A stretch of 64,000 nucleotides of DNA from Haliotis cracherodii (GCF_022045235.1 NW_027266265.1:29140001-29204000); one strand, 5' to 3'; shown: positions 1-12,598, numbered from the stretch's first letter. The notes: generated from the sequence alone by a model not told the origin. Program-made: numbers and translations.

Positions 1-261
1 CAACTTCTGTACATGTATTTCTGTTGACACTTCCTCCTAATTTCACACGTGATCTGCTGAAATACAATTGAAAAAGGCGTTGCATATACCACCAGCTACT
101 ACCGTATAAAACGAAACCTGAAATGCATATCAATGCAAATGCAACCATACGTGAAAGATGTACAATATTGACAAAATTTGTGCATGTCATCTCAAGGGAC
201 ACAATTCGCTGTACAGATGTTGCCTTACTTACATGTAGACCAGCAACCTAATTCCTGGGTA

Positions 262-463
262 TGCTTGTTATAAGAGGCGACTATGCTTGTCGTAAGAGGC
301 GACTAACGGGATCGGGTGGTCAGGCTCAGTGACTTGGTTGATACATGTCATCGTATCCCAATCGTGTGGATCGATGCTCATGATGTCAGTCACTGGATTG
401 TCTGGTCCAGACCGCCGTCATATAGCTGAGTGCGGCGTTAAACAACAAACCAACAAAAAAAAA
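262..463 (+). mobile_element. SINE family A (Nin/Deu-domain-like core)
   Basis: GCTTGTCGTAAGAGGCGACTAA core and 3' GCGGCGTTAAACAACAAAC tail; closely similar copy at 26070-26340. Confidence 0.75.
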
Positions 464-1958
464 CAAAAAACGTTCCTGGATGTGAATTCCAGATTCACCC
501 TGATTATGTTTCTAGGTTTGTCCGTACCATACCCATGCTCATAGGTTTTATCAAAATGGTAAAAGTCAAAGACCTGCATGATTTATGAATGTTACTCACT
601 CACTCATTTCTGTCTTTATCCTCCCACGTCAAGTAGACGCGCTGTGATACAACTGAAATATAAAATTCTTACCGACTTTAAACAAAACTCACCCACACAC
701 TCCTGACCGTATAAGTTGTATATCAAACATTTAACACAAGTCAAAATACCATGTTAATAAACAAAATTAATATAAGGCTAAGTATTTTCTTACATAACCG
801 TTTCCTTTGCAGAATACCAAGTGGTGCCTATATGTAGAATGTTTGAATTCTTCTTAAGGTTACACACAACCAAATGTTTTCCCATAGACTTCTATAGTAA
901 CGTTATAGCTTTTAAAAAAATAACTAGGCATTCAACAGCCATTACATTTACATATGTGCACAGTCTGGCCTTAACGCTGCAATAAAAACACAAATTTTGG
1001 CTAGGTTAGCCAGCTCCTTTTTCGAGTACAGGAAGCTGAACACACCAACCCCAGTTCCGCACCAAATCTCACCTACTTGAAAATATCTGTGCTCACATAA
1101 AGAACAAGTCATCTTGTTAAAAAAGTCAGCACTAAAAATTGATAAATATGGGCAGTTTTAATTACTGGATGGATGTGCATTTAAAAGACATAAAAATCTT
1201 ACACAATATCATCCAATCACAGCCTGCATATGTCTTTTGATCTGCACTGAAGGTACTACGATTTAGTGTAGTAGAACCTTAAGCACTGTATTGCCATGTA
1301 GGAAAATGAAACCTAGAGCTTAGATAAAAAATCTCTGATAATTATTCGAATTCTCAGTGATACGATAACTGAATGGAAATACATTTAACATGGACGCATT
1401 TGAATGATTGAAGTGATCACATGACTTCAGCTAAATAAAAGCGACAAAACCCTTTCAATATTCAAAAGAAATCTCTGCAAAAAGCAGAGCCAATTGTACG
1501 ATTCCGACGATGTCATAAACATGTGTTTATAAATCACTATCAAAAAGTGATGACAACAGATGTTCGCGAAAAAGTGTGCGTATCAAGCTAAAGAACGGAC
1601 TTAGCATGAATGTTATTTTCATCTTCACGATTTATTTCAGTTGACTTCATTATTATGTTAATTTTAGTTCGCTGATTCATAGGTTGAAGTTCGTGGCTTT
1701 TTTAGAAAATGATCGATGAAGTATAGGAGAAAAAGTAAACAGTTTAGATATATTTAATGACACGGTTTCTGCATATCCACACGTTGTGGTCTTAGAATTT
1801 TATTTTTTTTATAATTTGATATTCGTAGTAAACAATAAAGTGTAAGTTGTTAAGTTTCTACTGATTCCAATAAAAAGCCACAAAACCCTTTGCATAATCA
1901 TAAGAAATTCCATTGTACGATTCCAAAGTTACATGCAAATTGAGCATATATTTCTGAA

Positions 1959-2008
<50 letters not shown>
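1959..2008. repeat. (CA)n microsatellite
   Basis: Seen directly. Confidence 0.95.
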
Positions 2009-2010
<2 letters not shown>

Positions 2011-2613
2011 ACGTCTGCCTAAAACGTAAGTAGAGAATGTCCTAAGAACTAATTTTCATCCAAATTAAATTTTCACAGTGCTTGGTAAATTACAATTTTT
2101 ATTGATAGAATCAACCGAAGCTTAAATGTACATTTGAGTTAGGCAAACACGTTCAGAGAACTACTTTAGTTGGTGTCGGCAGTAATAACTTTTTCCAACC
2201 GGGAAATTGCATCTCAGAAGAGCTCGTTTGAGAACTTTGCTTTAAAATGCTATACTTATAAAATGAGCAACTGAAATGATATGTAGATATGTTTATGTTT
2301 AAAAAGGAAAATATTGTCTAAAACGTATAACCCTTCCAGAAGAAACTGTGTTTAGTGAAAACTAGGTGTCTTTGAAGCATGCTGATCATTGACAGTGGTT
2401 ACACGAACTAGTTTCATGGTTCGGGAGAAGCATGGTTAATCATACATTCTATTTGACAGGACATATGACATTTATACTTGCGTCGCTCTATAAACACTCT
2501 AATGAGGGAGATATGGAGCAGGGGCGAAGCTATATACGTTGTTAAATAGTCTGTTGACTCCGTTGACATCATGGGTCACCTTTGGACACACAATTCGGGA
2601 AGCAAACATGGAT

Positions 2614-2623
2614 GAATATAAAG
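2614..2623 (+). promoter_or_regulatory. Putative TATA box of the repeat-protein gene
   Basis: AATATAAAG about 50 nt upstream of the ATG at 2670. Confidence 0.45.
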
Positions 2624-2669
2624 TTCAAAAGAAATTGCGTTTCTCTTTCTCATCACAGTATCCGTAGCT

Positions 2670-5318
2670 ATGGTTCGGTCTCAAGTGTGTGTGGCACTTC
2701 TTGTCGTGGCCGTTTGTGCCGCAGCCCAAACTCCACAAAAGTATAGTTATAGCCAAGATACCAATGCAGAGGCCAGAACTGGCAAAACTACAAAACTGTA
2801 TAGGCCGGGGTTCAATTTACCAAGCCTACAACCTACACAGAGGATCCCGACAAACAACCTCCGATATGGACAGAATGGACTCATGAACCGTGGATATTAC
2901 CAAAGGAGACAGATGTATGATGGTCAGGACATTCCTAATCCTAATTATCGACGTAGTTATGGATATTCATCATATGGTCAATACAGAGGACAACCGCTTT
3001 CTTATGGCAGGTACAGTGTTCCAGACTATGACTACTATTATCCATATAATGCTGGCTATAGATACCCAGTTCAACGAGGAGCACCATCATACGGACAGAG
3101 TCGTCCCGCAGCATATGCCCCTTCACACCCATATGGCCAAGGTGCACCCTACCTTAGGGACACACGGTATGTATCCAATACCAATTATCCAACGTTGCCT
3201 CAGTACCCACAAGGTAGTGTTATGTACGGGGGAAGTAACAATGGAAAAAATAAAGGAAGGACAGGACAAAGAGGTGCAGGCAAGAGCAGTTCTGACGGTT
3301 ATGGACAAATGATGACCCCCGGAAGAGGCAATGAACCAAATAATTCTAATGGTATCAATTTCCAGCCAAATGGAAATTATTCGTTTGATAATGGTAGACA
3401 GCAGCCTCAGTCTCCCCAGTTCGGAAGATACCCGGACCCCAAAACGAAAGAAAATCAGCGACCGTCCAGTAATGTTGACTTGGCTGCTCTCTTTGGTAAC
3501 AGTGACGATAGGCGTGAACCAGGAGCACCTAGACAACCTTCAGTCATTGATATCAATGCTCTATTAAAGAACATTAGAAACAATAATCAGTTTGATGGTC
3601 GACCATTAGTACCAACATCGATGGACCTTGGGTCAGTGTACGCAAGTGGTGGCAGGGTACAAGGGTCCAACGCTGGTCCTTCTTCCTCATCTGACAATAA
3701 AATCCAGCAGAACCTTGGAGGTGTACCCAATGGACAAATCGTAGGTGCCCCTGTGATTTATCCTAATGGTGGCCAGCAACAAACCATTCTTCCACAACGG
3801 CCTAACGTACAGGGTTCACCTGAAAGGGTCCAGGGAAGACCAATTTATTATCCTCCTAGACAGAATGCTTTTCCTGGAAGAGGCAATCCACGAGAACCTA
3901 CGCGTGGAGGTAATGCTGTTCCTCAGAGGTACCCTCAGCGAAACGGTCAACCGGGAAACAATGAAGGGATACTATTGACGGAAGAACAACTCCAACAACT
4001 GTTTCAACGACAGTCAGAAAATATGAAAGGTTCCCCTGAAGGATCTAAAAATCAGAATCAAGTACCATACTATGGCCCTTCGTCAGGGCAACCGTCAGCA
4101 CAGCCACCAACACAAGGAAGACCAAATTTACCAGGGCCAGACCAACCTGGGAACAACGTGGGCAATCAAAGGTATCCTGAAGGGAATAACCAGCCCCAGG
4201 ATATCAACGGAGGTGTTATAACCTTAACGCCTGAGCAACTTCAAAATATATTTGGGCAGTCGAGAAATTCGCAAGGTTCTATAAATTCAATGCAGGACAC
4301 CGTACCATCTCGGCAACCTCCTGTCCAGCCCCCTAGAAGATCAAGTCAGCCAGGACCTAACAACCAACAGTATCCCCAGGGGGGTGGCCAAAGGTATCCT
4401 CAGGGGAGAGACCAACGTTTTCCCCAGGGCAGTGACCAACGCTATCCTCAGGGGAGTGGCCAACGTTTTCCTCAGGGAGGTGACCAAGCTGATCCTCAGG
4501 GGAGAGACCAACGCTATCCTCAAGGGAGTGATCAACGTTTTCCCCAGGGCAGTGACCAACGCTATCCTCAGGGGAGTGGCCAGCGTTTTCCCCAGGGAGG
4601 TGACCAAGGCTATCCTCAGGGCAGTGATCAACGCTATCCTCAGGGGAGAGACCAACGTTTTCCCCAGGGCAGTGACCAACGCTATCCTCAGGGGAGTGGC
4701 CAACGTTTTCCCCAGGGAGGTGACCAACGCTATCCTCAGGGCAGTGACCAACGCTATCCTCAGGGAAGTGGCCAACGTTTTCCCCAGGGAGGTGACCAAC
4801 GCTATCCTCAAGGGAGTGACCAACGTTTTCCCCAGGGCAGTGACCAACGCTATCCTCAGGGGAGTGGCCAGCCTTTTCCCCAGGGAGGTGACCAAGGTGA
4901 TCCTCAGGGGAGAGACCAACGCTATCCTCAAGGGAGTGATCAACGTTTTCCCCAGGGCAGTGACCAACGCTATCCTCAGGGGAGTGGCCAGCCTTTTCCC
5001 CAGGGAGGTGACCAACGTGATTCTCAGGGGAGAGACCAACGTTTTCCCCAGGGCAGCGACCAAAGCTATCCTCAAGGGAGTGACCAACGCTATCCTCAGG
5101 GGAGTGACCAAGGGTATGAAGGTATACCCTTGACTGCTGAGCAAATTGAGAAACTGTTTGGACAGTCTATTGGTCAAAATGTGCCAGAAAATCCAAGTCA
5201 AGGTGACAGAAATAGTGCATCTCAGTATGAAAATACTCCGGTGACACCTAGTGGGCAGCCTACCGACAACAAACCTGGTCCCCCGACCTCTTCTGATAGA
5301 ACCGTGAACCAGGGTTAA
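2670..5318 (+). CDS. Secreted low-complexity Gln/Gly/Pro/Arg/Tyr-rich tandem-repeat protein (882 aa, single exon); candidate extracellular structural, matrix or adhesive protein
   Basis: Uninterrupted 2.6-kb ORF. Hydrophobic signal peptide MVRSQVCVALLVVAVCAAA-Q. Tyr/Gly-rich N-terminal region and about 30 copies of an 8-aa unit [DG]QR[YF]PQG[SGR]. TATA-like AATATAAAG about 50 bp upstream; AATAAA at about 5546 and 5884. Confidence 0.9.
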   Translation: MVRSQVCVALLVVAVCAAAQTPQKYSYSQDTNAEARTGKTTKLYRPGFNLPSLQPTQRIPTNNLRYGQNGLMNRGYYQRRQMYDGQDIPNPNYRRSYGYSSYGQYRGQPLSYGRYSVPDYDYYYPYNAGYRYPVQRGAPSYGQSRPAAYAPSHPYGQGAPYLRDTRYVSNTNYPTLPQYPQGSVMYGGSNNGKNKGRTGQRGAGKSSSDGYGQMMTPGRGNEPNNSNGINFQPNGNYSFDNGRQQPQSPQFGRYPDPKTKENQRPSSNVDLAALFGNSDDRREPGAPRQPSVIDINALLKNIRNNNQFDGRPLVPTSMDLGSVYASGGRVQGSNAGPSSSSDNKIQQNLGGVPNGQIVGAPVIYPNGGQQQTILPQRPNVQGSPERVQGRPIYYPPRQNAFPGRGNPREPTRGGNAVPQRYPQRNGQPGNNEGILLTEEQLQQLFQRQSENMKGSPEGSKNQNQVPYYGPSSGQPSAQPPTQGRPNLPGPDQPGNNVGNQRYPEGNNQPQDINGGVITLTPEQLQNIFGQSRNSQGSINSMQDTVPSRQPPVQPPRRSSQPGPNNQQYPQGGGQRYPQGRDQRFPQGSDQRYPQGSGQRFPQGGDQADPQGRDQRYPQGSDQRFPQGSDQRYPQGSGQRFPQGGDQGYPQGSDQRYPQGRDQRFPQGSDQRYPQGSGQRFPQGGDQRYPQGSDQRYPQGSGQRFPQGGDQRYPQGSDQRFPQGSDQRYPQGSGQPFPQGGDQGDPQGRDQRYPQGSDQRFPQGSDQRYPQGSGQPFPQGGDQRDSQGRDQRFPQGSDQSYPQGSDQRYPQGSDQGYEGIPLTAEQIEKLFGQSIGQNVPENPSQGDRNSASQYENTPVTPSGQPTDNKPGPPTSSDRTVNQG
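4363..5117 (+). repeat. Coding 24-bp tandem repeat (about 30 units) with 120-bp higher-order periodicity
   Basis: Units such as gaccaacgctatcctcaggggagt and gaccaacgttttccccagggcagt recur in a 5-unit order. Confidence 0.95.
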
Positions 5319-6512
5319 TGCCTTTGGAAGAAAAAAAAAAGGAGAAAACACTAGAATATTTGCGTGAAAATATTGCTTTGCCTTCATATCAGTTTATGTT
5401 TTTTTTGTAAAATCCTCGAGTTATTCTTTTCTCTGTATTGGCTGAAGGTGGGTCTGTTTGTTGATAATGTCTGTTTTATTCAAAATCAAACATGGCATGC
5501 TGCCAAGCATATCAGGTTTTGTTTACACGCGTGCTAAACTCTAAAAATAAATGTGTATGTCAGTTTGCCTCAAGTGGTATACATCCGTTTGAAGGATAAT
5601 GACATTTGAAGGTTGACGTTTAAAGACAGTCATCTTGACATGTTTTGGTGTGCACTTTAATGAACAGCTGCGTTTCCCGGGAGTATATCTAGTCGCTTAT
5701 TTGATTCTCTTAGATACACTAGATATGGAAACCATTAATTAGAGTTTCGTTTACATCAGCAGACATTATCTTGAAGCCGACGGGTGGGTAGCGTTTCCTA
5801 GGTTTTGCCTATTGAGCCAATCACATACGTTTTTGAAGTTGCAGTTTCGTCACACATGTTTCAGATTATGTATGTACATGATAAATAAAAACAAAAAATG
5901 TATTCACGTCTTTGTATTCGTAACAATGTGTCGTCGTATTTCAAATGACAGATGATTGTTTTAAAGTTTTGCATCCAGTGAAATAATGAGTTCACCCTGT
6001 TGGGATTCTGGGCGGTTAGAAATTGTCTGTGCTGGTCAGATAATTAAATCGACCAGGTAGTCAGGAATGCCGACTTGTATGTTATCGTACTTTGACGACA
6101 TTGAGTGTTGCTCTCAGTGTCAATCACCGGATTGTCAGGTCGGTTATTTAAGGGCCGCTGCCATACAGCTGCAATATTTCTGAGGGTGGCGTTAAACAAC
6201 TAACCAACTAATGTGTACCAACATTTTCTCTGTGATCTTTCACTTGTTGGTGAGTGTACATTGATAATGTACAAACATGTGTGGATGTACATCACTATTA
6301 ATGTATTTTTGGTTTCATAAACAAGTATTAAAAGGTAATTCTAGTTTTAGTTTGGAAGGTACGAAGCTAACGGATTTTATCCACTGAAATTTCAGCTAAT
6401 GTTGAATACTTCTTGTGAGAAATAGCATATTTAAGTGATGATGAAAAGTCGGTTTTATCTTGAAGGTTGAAACCGGTGAATAAAATGGTAGACGTGGGTA
6501 TTTTTTCACATT

Positions 6513-6989
6513 TTTTCATTAAAATCAGATCTTAGTTCTCGCTACCGCTAAACAAAGGTCTGAGGACATCCCATTACGGGTAACGTCAGACCGACCTTGC
6601 GCGAACTTTGACCGACCAATGGAATGACCAATCAGAAGGCACCTTTCTCGTGCTTTACGGCACTAATTTCAAATTGGCAACTACGCTTCGAAACATATTT
6701 TGACAAATTCTCGATTACAAATTTGAAACCTGAACAATAGAACCTTCTGGAATGGCTAATAGATGGTCGAGATTGTATTGATTCAGACGTTAAACCCGTA
6801 GCTATCATTCGGAATAAAGTTTTTGAGGTTGCATGATTAGAAATCACATTCCGACTGTTACTTTCATAATTTGGTGAGCGACGCTCTTATTGGTCGGACG
6901 AAAGGTCGTTCTGACGGGACCTCCAATGGGATGTCTTCAGATCTTTGTTTAGCGGTAGCGAGAACTGAGGTCTGATTTTAATGAGAATG
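6513..6989. mobile_element. MITE-like non-autonomous DNA element with about 85-bp terminal inverted repeats
   Basis: TCATTAAAATCAGATCTTAGTTCTCGCTACCGCTAAACAAAGGTCTGAGGACATCCCATT on the left is the near reverse complement of about 6900-6985. Confidence 0.8.
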
Positions 6990-7710
6990 ATATATCAGTT
7001 TAGTTGTCATAATCTCGGGTTTGATTCCCAACATAAGTACGAAGTCTGACGCCCATTTTTTTAGTCCCCCGCTGATAGTGCCGATGCTGCACTCACTATT
7101 ATAAAAATTACACTACACTCATGTTACAAAAGGAACGATCCACCCATATACATATCTCAAAAATGAAGCGGAATCTTTTCAGGATCATATTTGGTCAACT
7201 GGAATTGCCATATTTAAAAAATGCCGTGTAATGGAACGTGCACATTTTAATCTTTATTGAAGAAGTCGTTGGAATAAAACATCCTCAATTCCAAAGGAAC
7301 AACTTCATGCACAATATGTCAGCGGATTAATCACACAAACTGAGATTTTAGGAGGTCTAACGAAAGACATTTGGGGGTCATTGAGATATTTTACTGACTC
7401 GTTCTCATATGCATGTGTGTGAAAAATACAAAAAAAATGAAAAGTATCTTCCCCTTCACATTAGTGGGACAAAGAGTGTCCTTTTACTGACTCGTTCTAA
7501 TATAGGGGTGTGGGCAAAATATGTTGACGATATAATCAGAATAACGGACAGTGATATGTAGTGAGTGTAGTTACAATGCAAATATTCATACATGTAGCTG
7601 CTATGGTGTATGCTCTGTGTAACTAAGCGACATTCTATGTATACCATGAAATGACATTTCAAAATTGGATCCTTAAAGGAATACAAGGCCATGGCAAATT
7701 GGACAGTCCT

Positions 7711-7874
7711 TACACGTTGTTTCTTTGTCTGCTTGCTCAAAATGTGTTATGAATATGCAGGGAGATGTTAATTAGGACCCCAATTATACATACACGTTGT
7801 TTCTTTGTCTGCTTGCTCAAAATGTGTTATGAATATGCAGGGAGATGTTAATTAGGACCCCAATTATACATACA
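7711..7874. repeat. Perfect 80-bp tandem duplication
   Basis: TACACGTTGTTTCTTTGTCTGC...CCCCAATTATACA twice. Confidence 0.95.
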
Positions 7875-8605
7875 CACTGATTCAGTTACACACAACACAC
7901 TATTAATAACGTCTTAGTCTTGCCTGGAGATGGACACTTACCCATAGAGCATAGTCTCTATTTAACCAATACTCAAAAGAAGTATAATTCTTTTTATAAC
8001 AAATGTTGAAGCATACTAGCACACGATTAACTATTCAGTTGGTGTAGAAAAGTGGTGAACTGAAGCACATGGCTCACTAAATATACAAGGCATTTCAATT
8101 GTAAAAGAATACAACCTGTATTTACTCTCCCACTTCATGTATGAGGAATGAAGAGACCCCAGGCAACCGGGACGTTACGCAACAAACACAGAGGCTATGA
8201 CTCACATATGTTCTCATTAAGTAAGGGAGGAGTTCTAGCAGGTGGTCCAAAATAGCCATGGCAGAATGATGATCCACCGAAGTGTTTTGTTTCCGTTGCA
8301 TTCCTTAGGCACGAGTTTAGCGAAATTATTGCTGGAATATTGCTAAAGGCGGCGTTAAACCAAACTCACTCACTCACTTATTATTCATTAAGGGGATACA
8401 TATTTTATTTCCGTTGTTTGTACATTGTAATGTCCAACATTTGGCTTTGGTAGGCATGACATTTAGGTATAGGACGTAAATATACATTGCATATACAGGT
8501 GGGTAGTCAATGACTATATACTCTGTGTACATCATGTACAATGATATTATGTACTTTGTAAATATAGATTTTATGATTGTCCATCGCGTAATTGAAAACA
8601 TGTTA

Positions 8606-8738
8606 TATATACTACTCAACTCCTGATAAGGATATTGAGCTGGACAAATCGCATCCTATTCCTGACATCTCCAAACAACCAGGTTTATCCCCCACCTTGA
8701 CACTCAAAATAAGCGTATCAAATGTTGAGTAGTATATA
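8606..8738. repeat. Short inverted-repeat element
   Basis: TATATACTACTCAAC ... GTTGAGTAGTATATA. Confidence 0.65.
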
Positions 8739-9484
8739 AAAATATATATCATTGCTCAGCATAACAATCTCGAAAGATTCTAAACTCTTTCGTGATTAAT
8801 TAACCACTGCAATAATTGCGAAAACAATAGATACTTATGTTTGATGAAACAAAAACGCCTGTTCAGAGTGCTTTAAGCAAGGGACGAATCTATCGTCTCC
8901 TTTTCCGGAAAAAGATAACTATTTTTGAATTGTACTGTTACCGCCCGTACATGTAGCTCCTATTTGAAATATGTTTGAGACAATAATCACAAGCTACCAC
9001 AAAGGATGCAAACACTTTTTAAAATATAGATTGTTGTACGTAATATATCACATGGATAAACACACCTCCTTCATATATTGGTCAGTGTTGTAGGCCGCAT
9101 ACTGACAGGGAAGCGTATCGATTTGGGCTGCTTGCACATCAACAAGCGACCCACGTCAAGCAAGAGGCGACCCACGTCAAACACTACTGACTTTTTATGT
9201 TCTAGATCTTGAGATCTGGCGTTGTTTTTAGTGCCGACGACTATGACGCATCATTTACAGAAACTACAATTTCACAAGATGAGGTTTGATTCGTGCTAAT
9301 TAGTTGACCCAAAATGCAAATGGATCTGACCGAGCGATTCAGTAGCCAGCGCAATGTTTGGGGAAAGCGCGCACATCAAATATTTGAAAAGGAACGACAA
9401 ATATATACAGAGAATCACATGTCAAACTGAATTCGAAATTGCAGATTGTGACATTGTATAAACTGACCTTTTTGAGCTATCCAT

Positions 9485-11180
9485 TTAATATCCTTCAAGA
9501 CTTTGTGTGACATCATTAGCTCTTAATCATGTCTTCTGGTCGTTTCGTTACTCACGATATAAGACAATAATCTAGATCGCGACGATAAACCCTATTTCAT
9601 CTCACCTTTTCGTGACATCATTAGCAATTCTTGTAGACTATGTGTGACATCAGTAGCACTTTATCACATCCTTCTAGACTGTGTGTGACATCATTAGCAC
9701 TTTATCACATCCTTCTAGACTGTGTGTGAAATCATTAGCACTTTATCACATCCTTCTAGACTGTGTGTGACATAGCTAGCACTTTATCACATATCCCTAG
9801 ACTGCGTGTTACATCATTAGCACTTTATCACATATTTCTAGATTGCGTGTGACATTAGCACTTTATCATATCCTTTAAGACTTTGTGTGACATCATTAGC
9901 ACTGGACAGGGACGTGTGATATCGTGAGCTCTTTGTCATATCCTTCTTGATATTGTGATATCAGTAGCACTTTATCACATCCTTCTAGACGTTCTGTGTC
10001 ATCAGTAGCTCTTTACCATATCCTTCTAGACTTTGTGTGTCATCATTAGCTCTTTAGCATATCCTTCTAGATATTGTGATATCATTAGCTCTTTACCATA
10101 TCCTTCTAGACTGCGTGTGGCATCATTAGCACTTTATCATGTCCTTCTGGTCGTTTCGTTACTCACAATATAAGACAATAATAAAGATCGCGATGATAAA
10201 CCCTTAAAAACTCATCTCACCTTTTCGTGACATCATTAGCACTTTATCACATCCTTCTAGACTGTGTGTGACATCATAAGCACTTTATCACATCCTTCTA
10301 GGCTGTGTGTGACATCATTAGCACTTTATCACATCCTTCTAGACTGTGTGTGACATCATTAGCACTTTATCACATCCTTCTAGACTTTGTGTGACATCAT
10401 TAGCACTTTATCACATCCTTGTAGACTGTGTGTGACATCATTAGCACTTTATCACATCCTTCTAGACTGTGTGTGACATCATTACCACTTTATCACATCC
10501 TCTTAGACTGTGTGTGACATCAGTAGCACTTTATCACATCCTTATAGACTGTGTGTGACATCAGTAGCACTTTATCACATCCTCTTAGACTGTGTGTGAC
10601 GTCATTAGCACTTTATCACATCCTTCAAGACTGTGTGTGACATCATTAGCACTTTATCACATCCTTCTAGACTGTGTGTGACATCATTACCACTTTATCA
10701 CATCCTCTTAGACTGTGTGTGACATCATTAGCACTTTATCACATCCTTCTAGACTTTGTGTGACATCAGTAGCACTTTATCACATCCTTCTAGACTGTGT
10801 GTGACATCATTAGCACTTTATCACATCCTTTTAGACTTTGTGTGACATCATTAGCACTGGACAGGGACGTGTGATATCGTGAGCTCTTTGTCATATCCTT
10901 CTAGATATTGTGATATCAGTAGCACTTTATCACATCCTTCTAGACTGCCTGTGTCATCATTAGCTTTTTGTTATATTCTTCGTGACTTTGAGTGACGTCA
11001 TTAGCTCTTTATATTATCCTTCTAAACTTTGTGTGATATTATCAGCTCTTTTTCATATCCTTCTAGTCTTTGTGATATCGCTAGCTCTTAATCACATTCT
11101 TCTTGACTTTGGGTGATATCATTAGGTCTCTACATTAATGCTTCTAGACTGTGTGTGATATATTTAGCTCCTTATCATAC
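9485..11180. repeat. 41-bp minisatellite array (about 1.7 kb)
   Basis: Consensus GACTGTGTGTGACATCATTAGCACTTTATCACATCCTTCTA; homogeneous core 10230-10860 with degenerate edges. Confidence 0.95.
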
Positions 11181-12598
11181 TTGACGCCTCATGCGTTCTT
11201 CTATAATGGAGGGGACATAGTAGACGAGGGTATTATGTTACATTCAAGCTTGTATTAGAAAATACATATAGTGAAAGGGTAATGATTTGGGCAGGACTTG
11301 TCGCAGAGATGCAAATGTGCAGGTGAATGTACCAAATGTGTTAATTATTTGGGTAAAATAATATATAAATAGATATTTAATGTAATTGTATCTGCTATTT
11401 TATGGGCAGTCGACTCTGCTTTTAAAAGACATGTCCTGTCCATATTGAAAAGGTTTTGTCGATTAATATTGTTCATCGGAACAACTGCTTAATATTTCAG
11501 CCCATCTATGCCTTTGATGATTTAAAATGAAATATCACCGTAGCATTATGATTTGCCAAACTGAAATACATGAATTATCTCACATTCAATATCGTCACAC
11601 GTCTTTATGAAAATAGGATAAATGTTTGGTCATAATGAAAGACCAAAATCGCAGAAATATAATGGTAGCTCGTATGATAGAGGCCAAAGCTCCAGGAAAT
11701 TACACGTACACGAATACATGGATTGCAATATGAATTCGTATTTACAACATTTACGGATTTTCTAGAGGCTATTCTATTCAAATTCCATGGTTTTCGTCAC
11801 ACCTTATTTTGTACAGTGTAAAGTTCGGATGAATGATCACGAAACATCACAAGCAGTAATCCACCTCGAAGCAAGACGAAGACCATCAAAGGAGAAGAAC
11901 ATGAAAGGAAAATTAGATAAATACACAATAATTGATGTACAGGTGCAGTACCAGATCATGGTTACCACAGTAACCGCATCTCCTGCGGGATGTCTGATGT
12001 ACTGTGTGGTGACTTTAGATGTACATGCTTTTGAATTCATTACCGAAACCGAGCGTTGTCATTTGAGAACAATCCTTTCCAGAATAATATTATGTAGAGC
12101 TTCATGGGTTATCCCTATAGAAGGTGGTTAGGGTTTAAACACACAAATCCCTTCAATCTGATAGAATCGGGGACGGGGATTTATGACAAGATCCGGGCAC
12201 GAGGTTGTGAGTAAGAATAGGACATCCTGCCTCCTAGCGACCGTCTGATTCATGTACTGCGTTTGCATTGTCTCATTGCTAGTTTGGGGATGACATCAGC
12301 CGATGGACTGACTACTAATCAGCTTGCCATTGTATTCTCGTTTACGGATGTTTTACATTTTCTTTCCTCGGCAACACTTGCACCAGATTCCCCATCTTAA
12401 CTTTGACTATCTTTCAAGTTCGCACACGTGAATCTTACTTGTGCAAAGACTTGCTCACGCCCGTCCGATCTCCTCCGTGATGGTCTTGCAACAACAGACA
12501 TTTACAAAAGAAATTGTTGGTTGATGATGACGAAGCTGATTGTGACGAATATCCGATTGCTGTTGAACAACATGGTTGACCTTTGAAGATACAGGGCC

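Noticed and set aside
329-544. Short ORFs from the track here and at 26283-26732, 33129-33465 and 50841-51041
   Set aside because: They overlap SINEs or non-coding DNA and show no protein motifs
4363-5117. Neuropeptide (TRH-like QYPG or RFamide) precursor interpretation of the repeats
   Set aside because: No dibasic KR/RR flanks and the Gly is mostly followed by S or G, so convertase and amidation signals are lacking
4341-5387. 348-aa antisense ORF and 249-aa alternate-frame ORF (4384-5133)
   Set aside because: Shadow frames of the stop-free 24-bp coding repeat; no independent gene signals
9485-11180. CRISPR-like array
   Set aside because: Eukaryotic context, contiguous units without unique spacers, no cas genes
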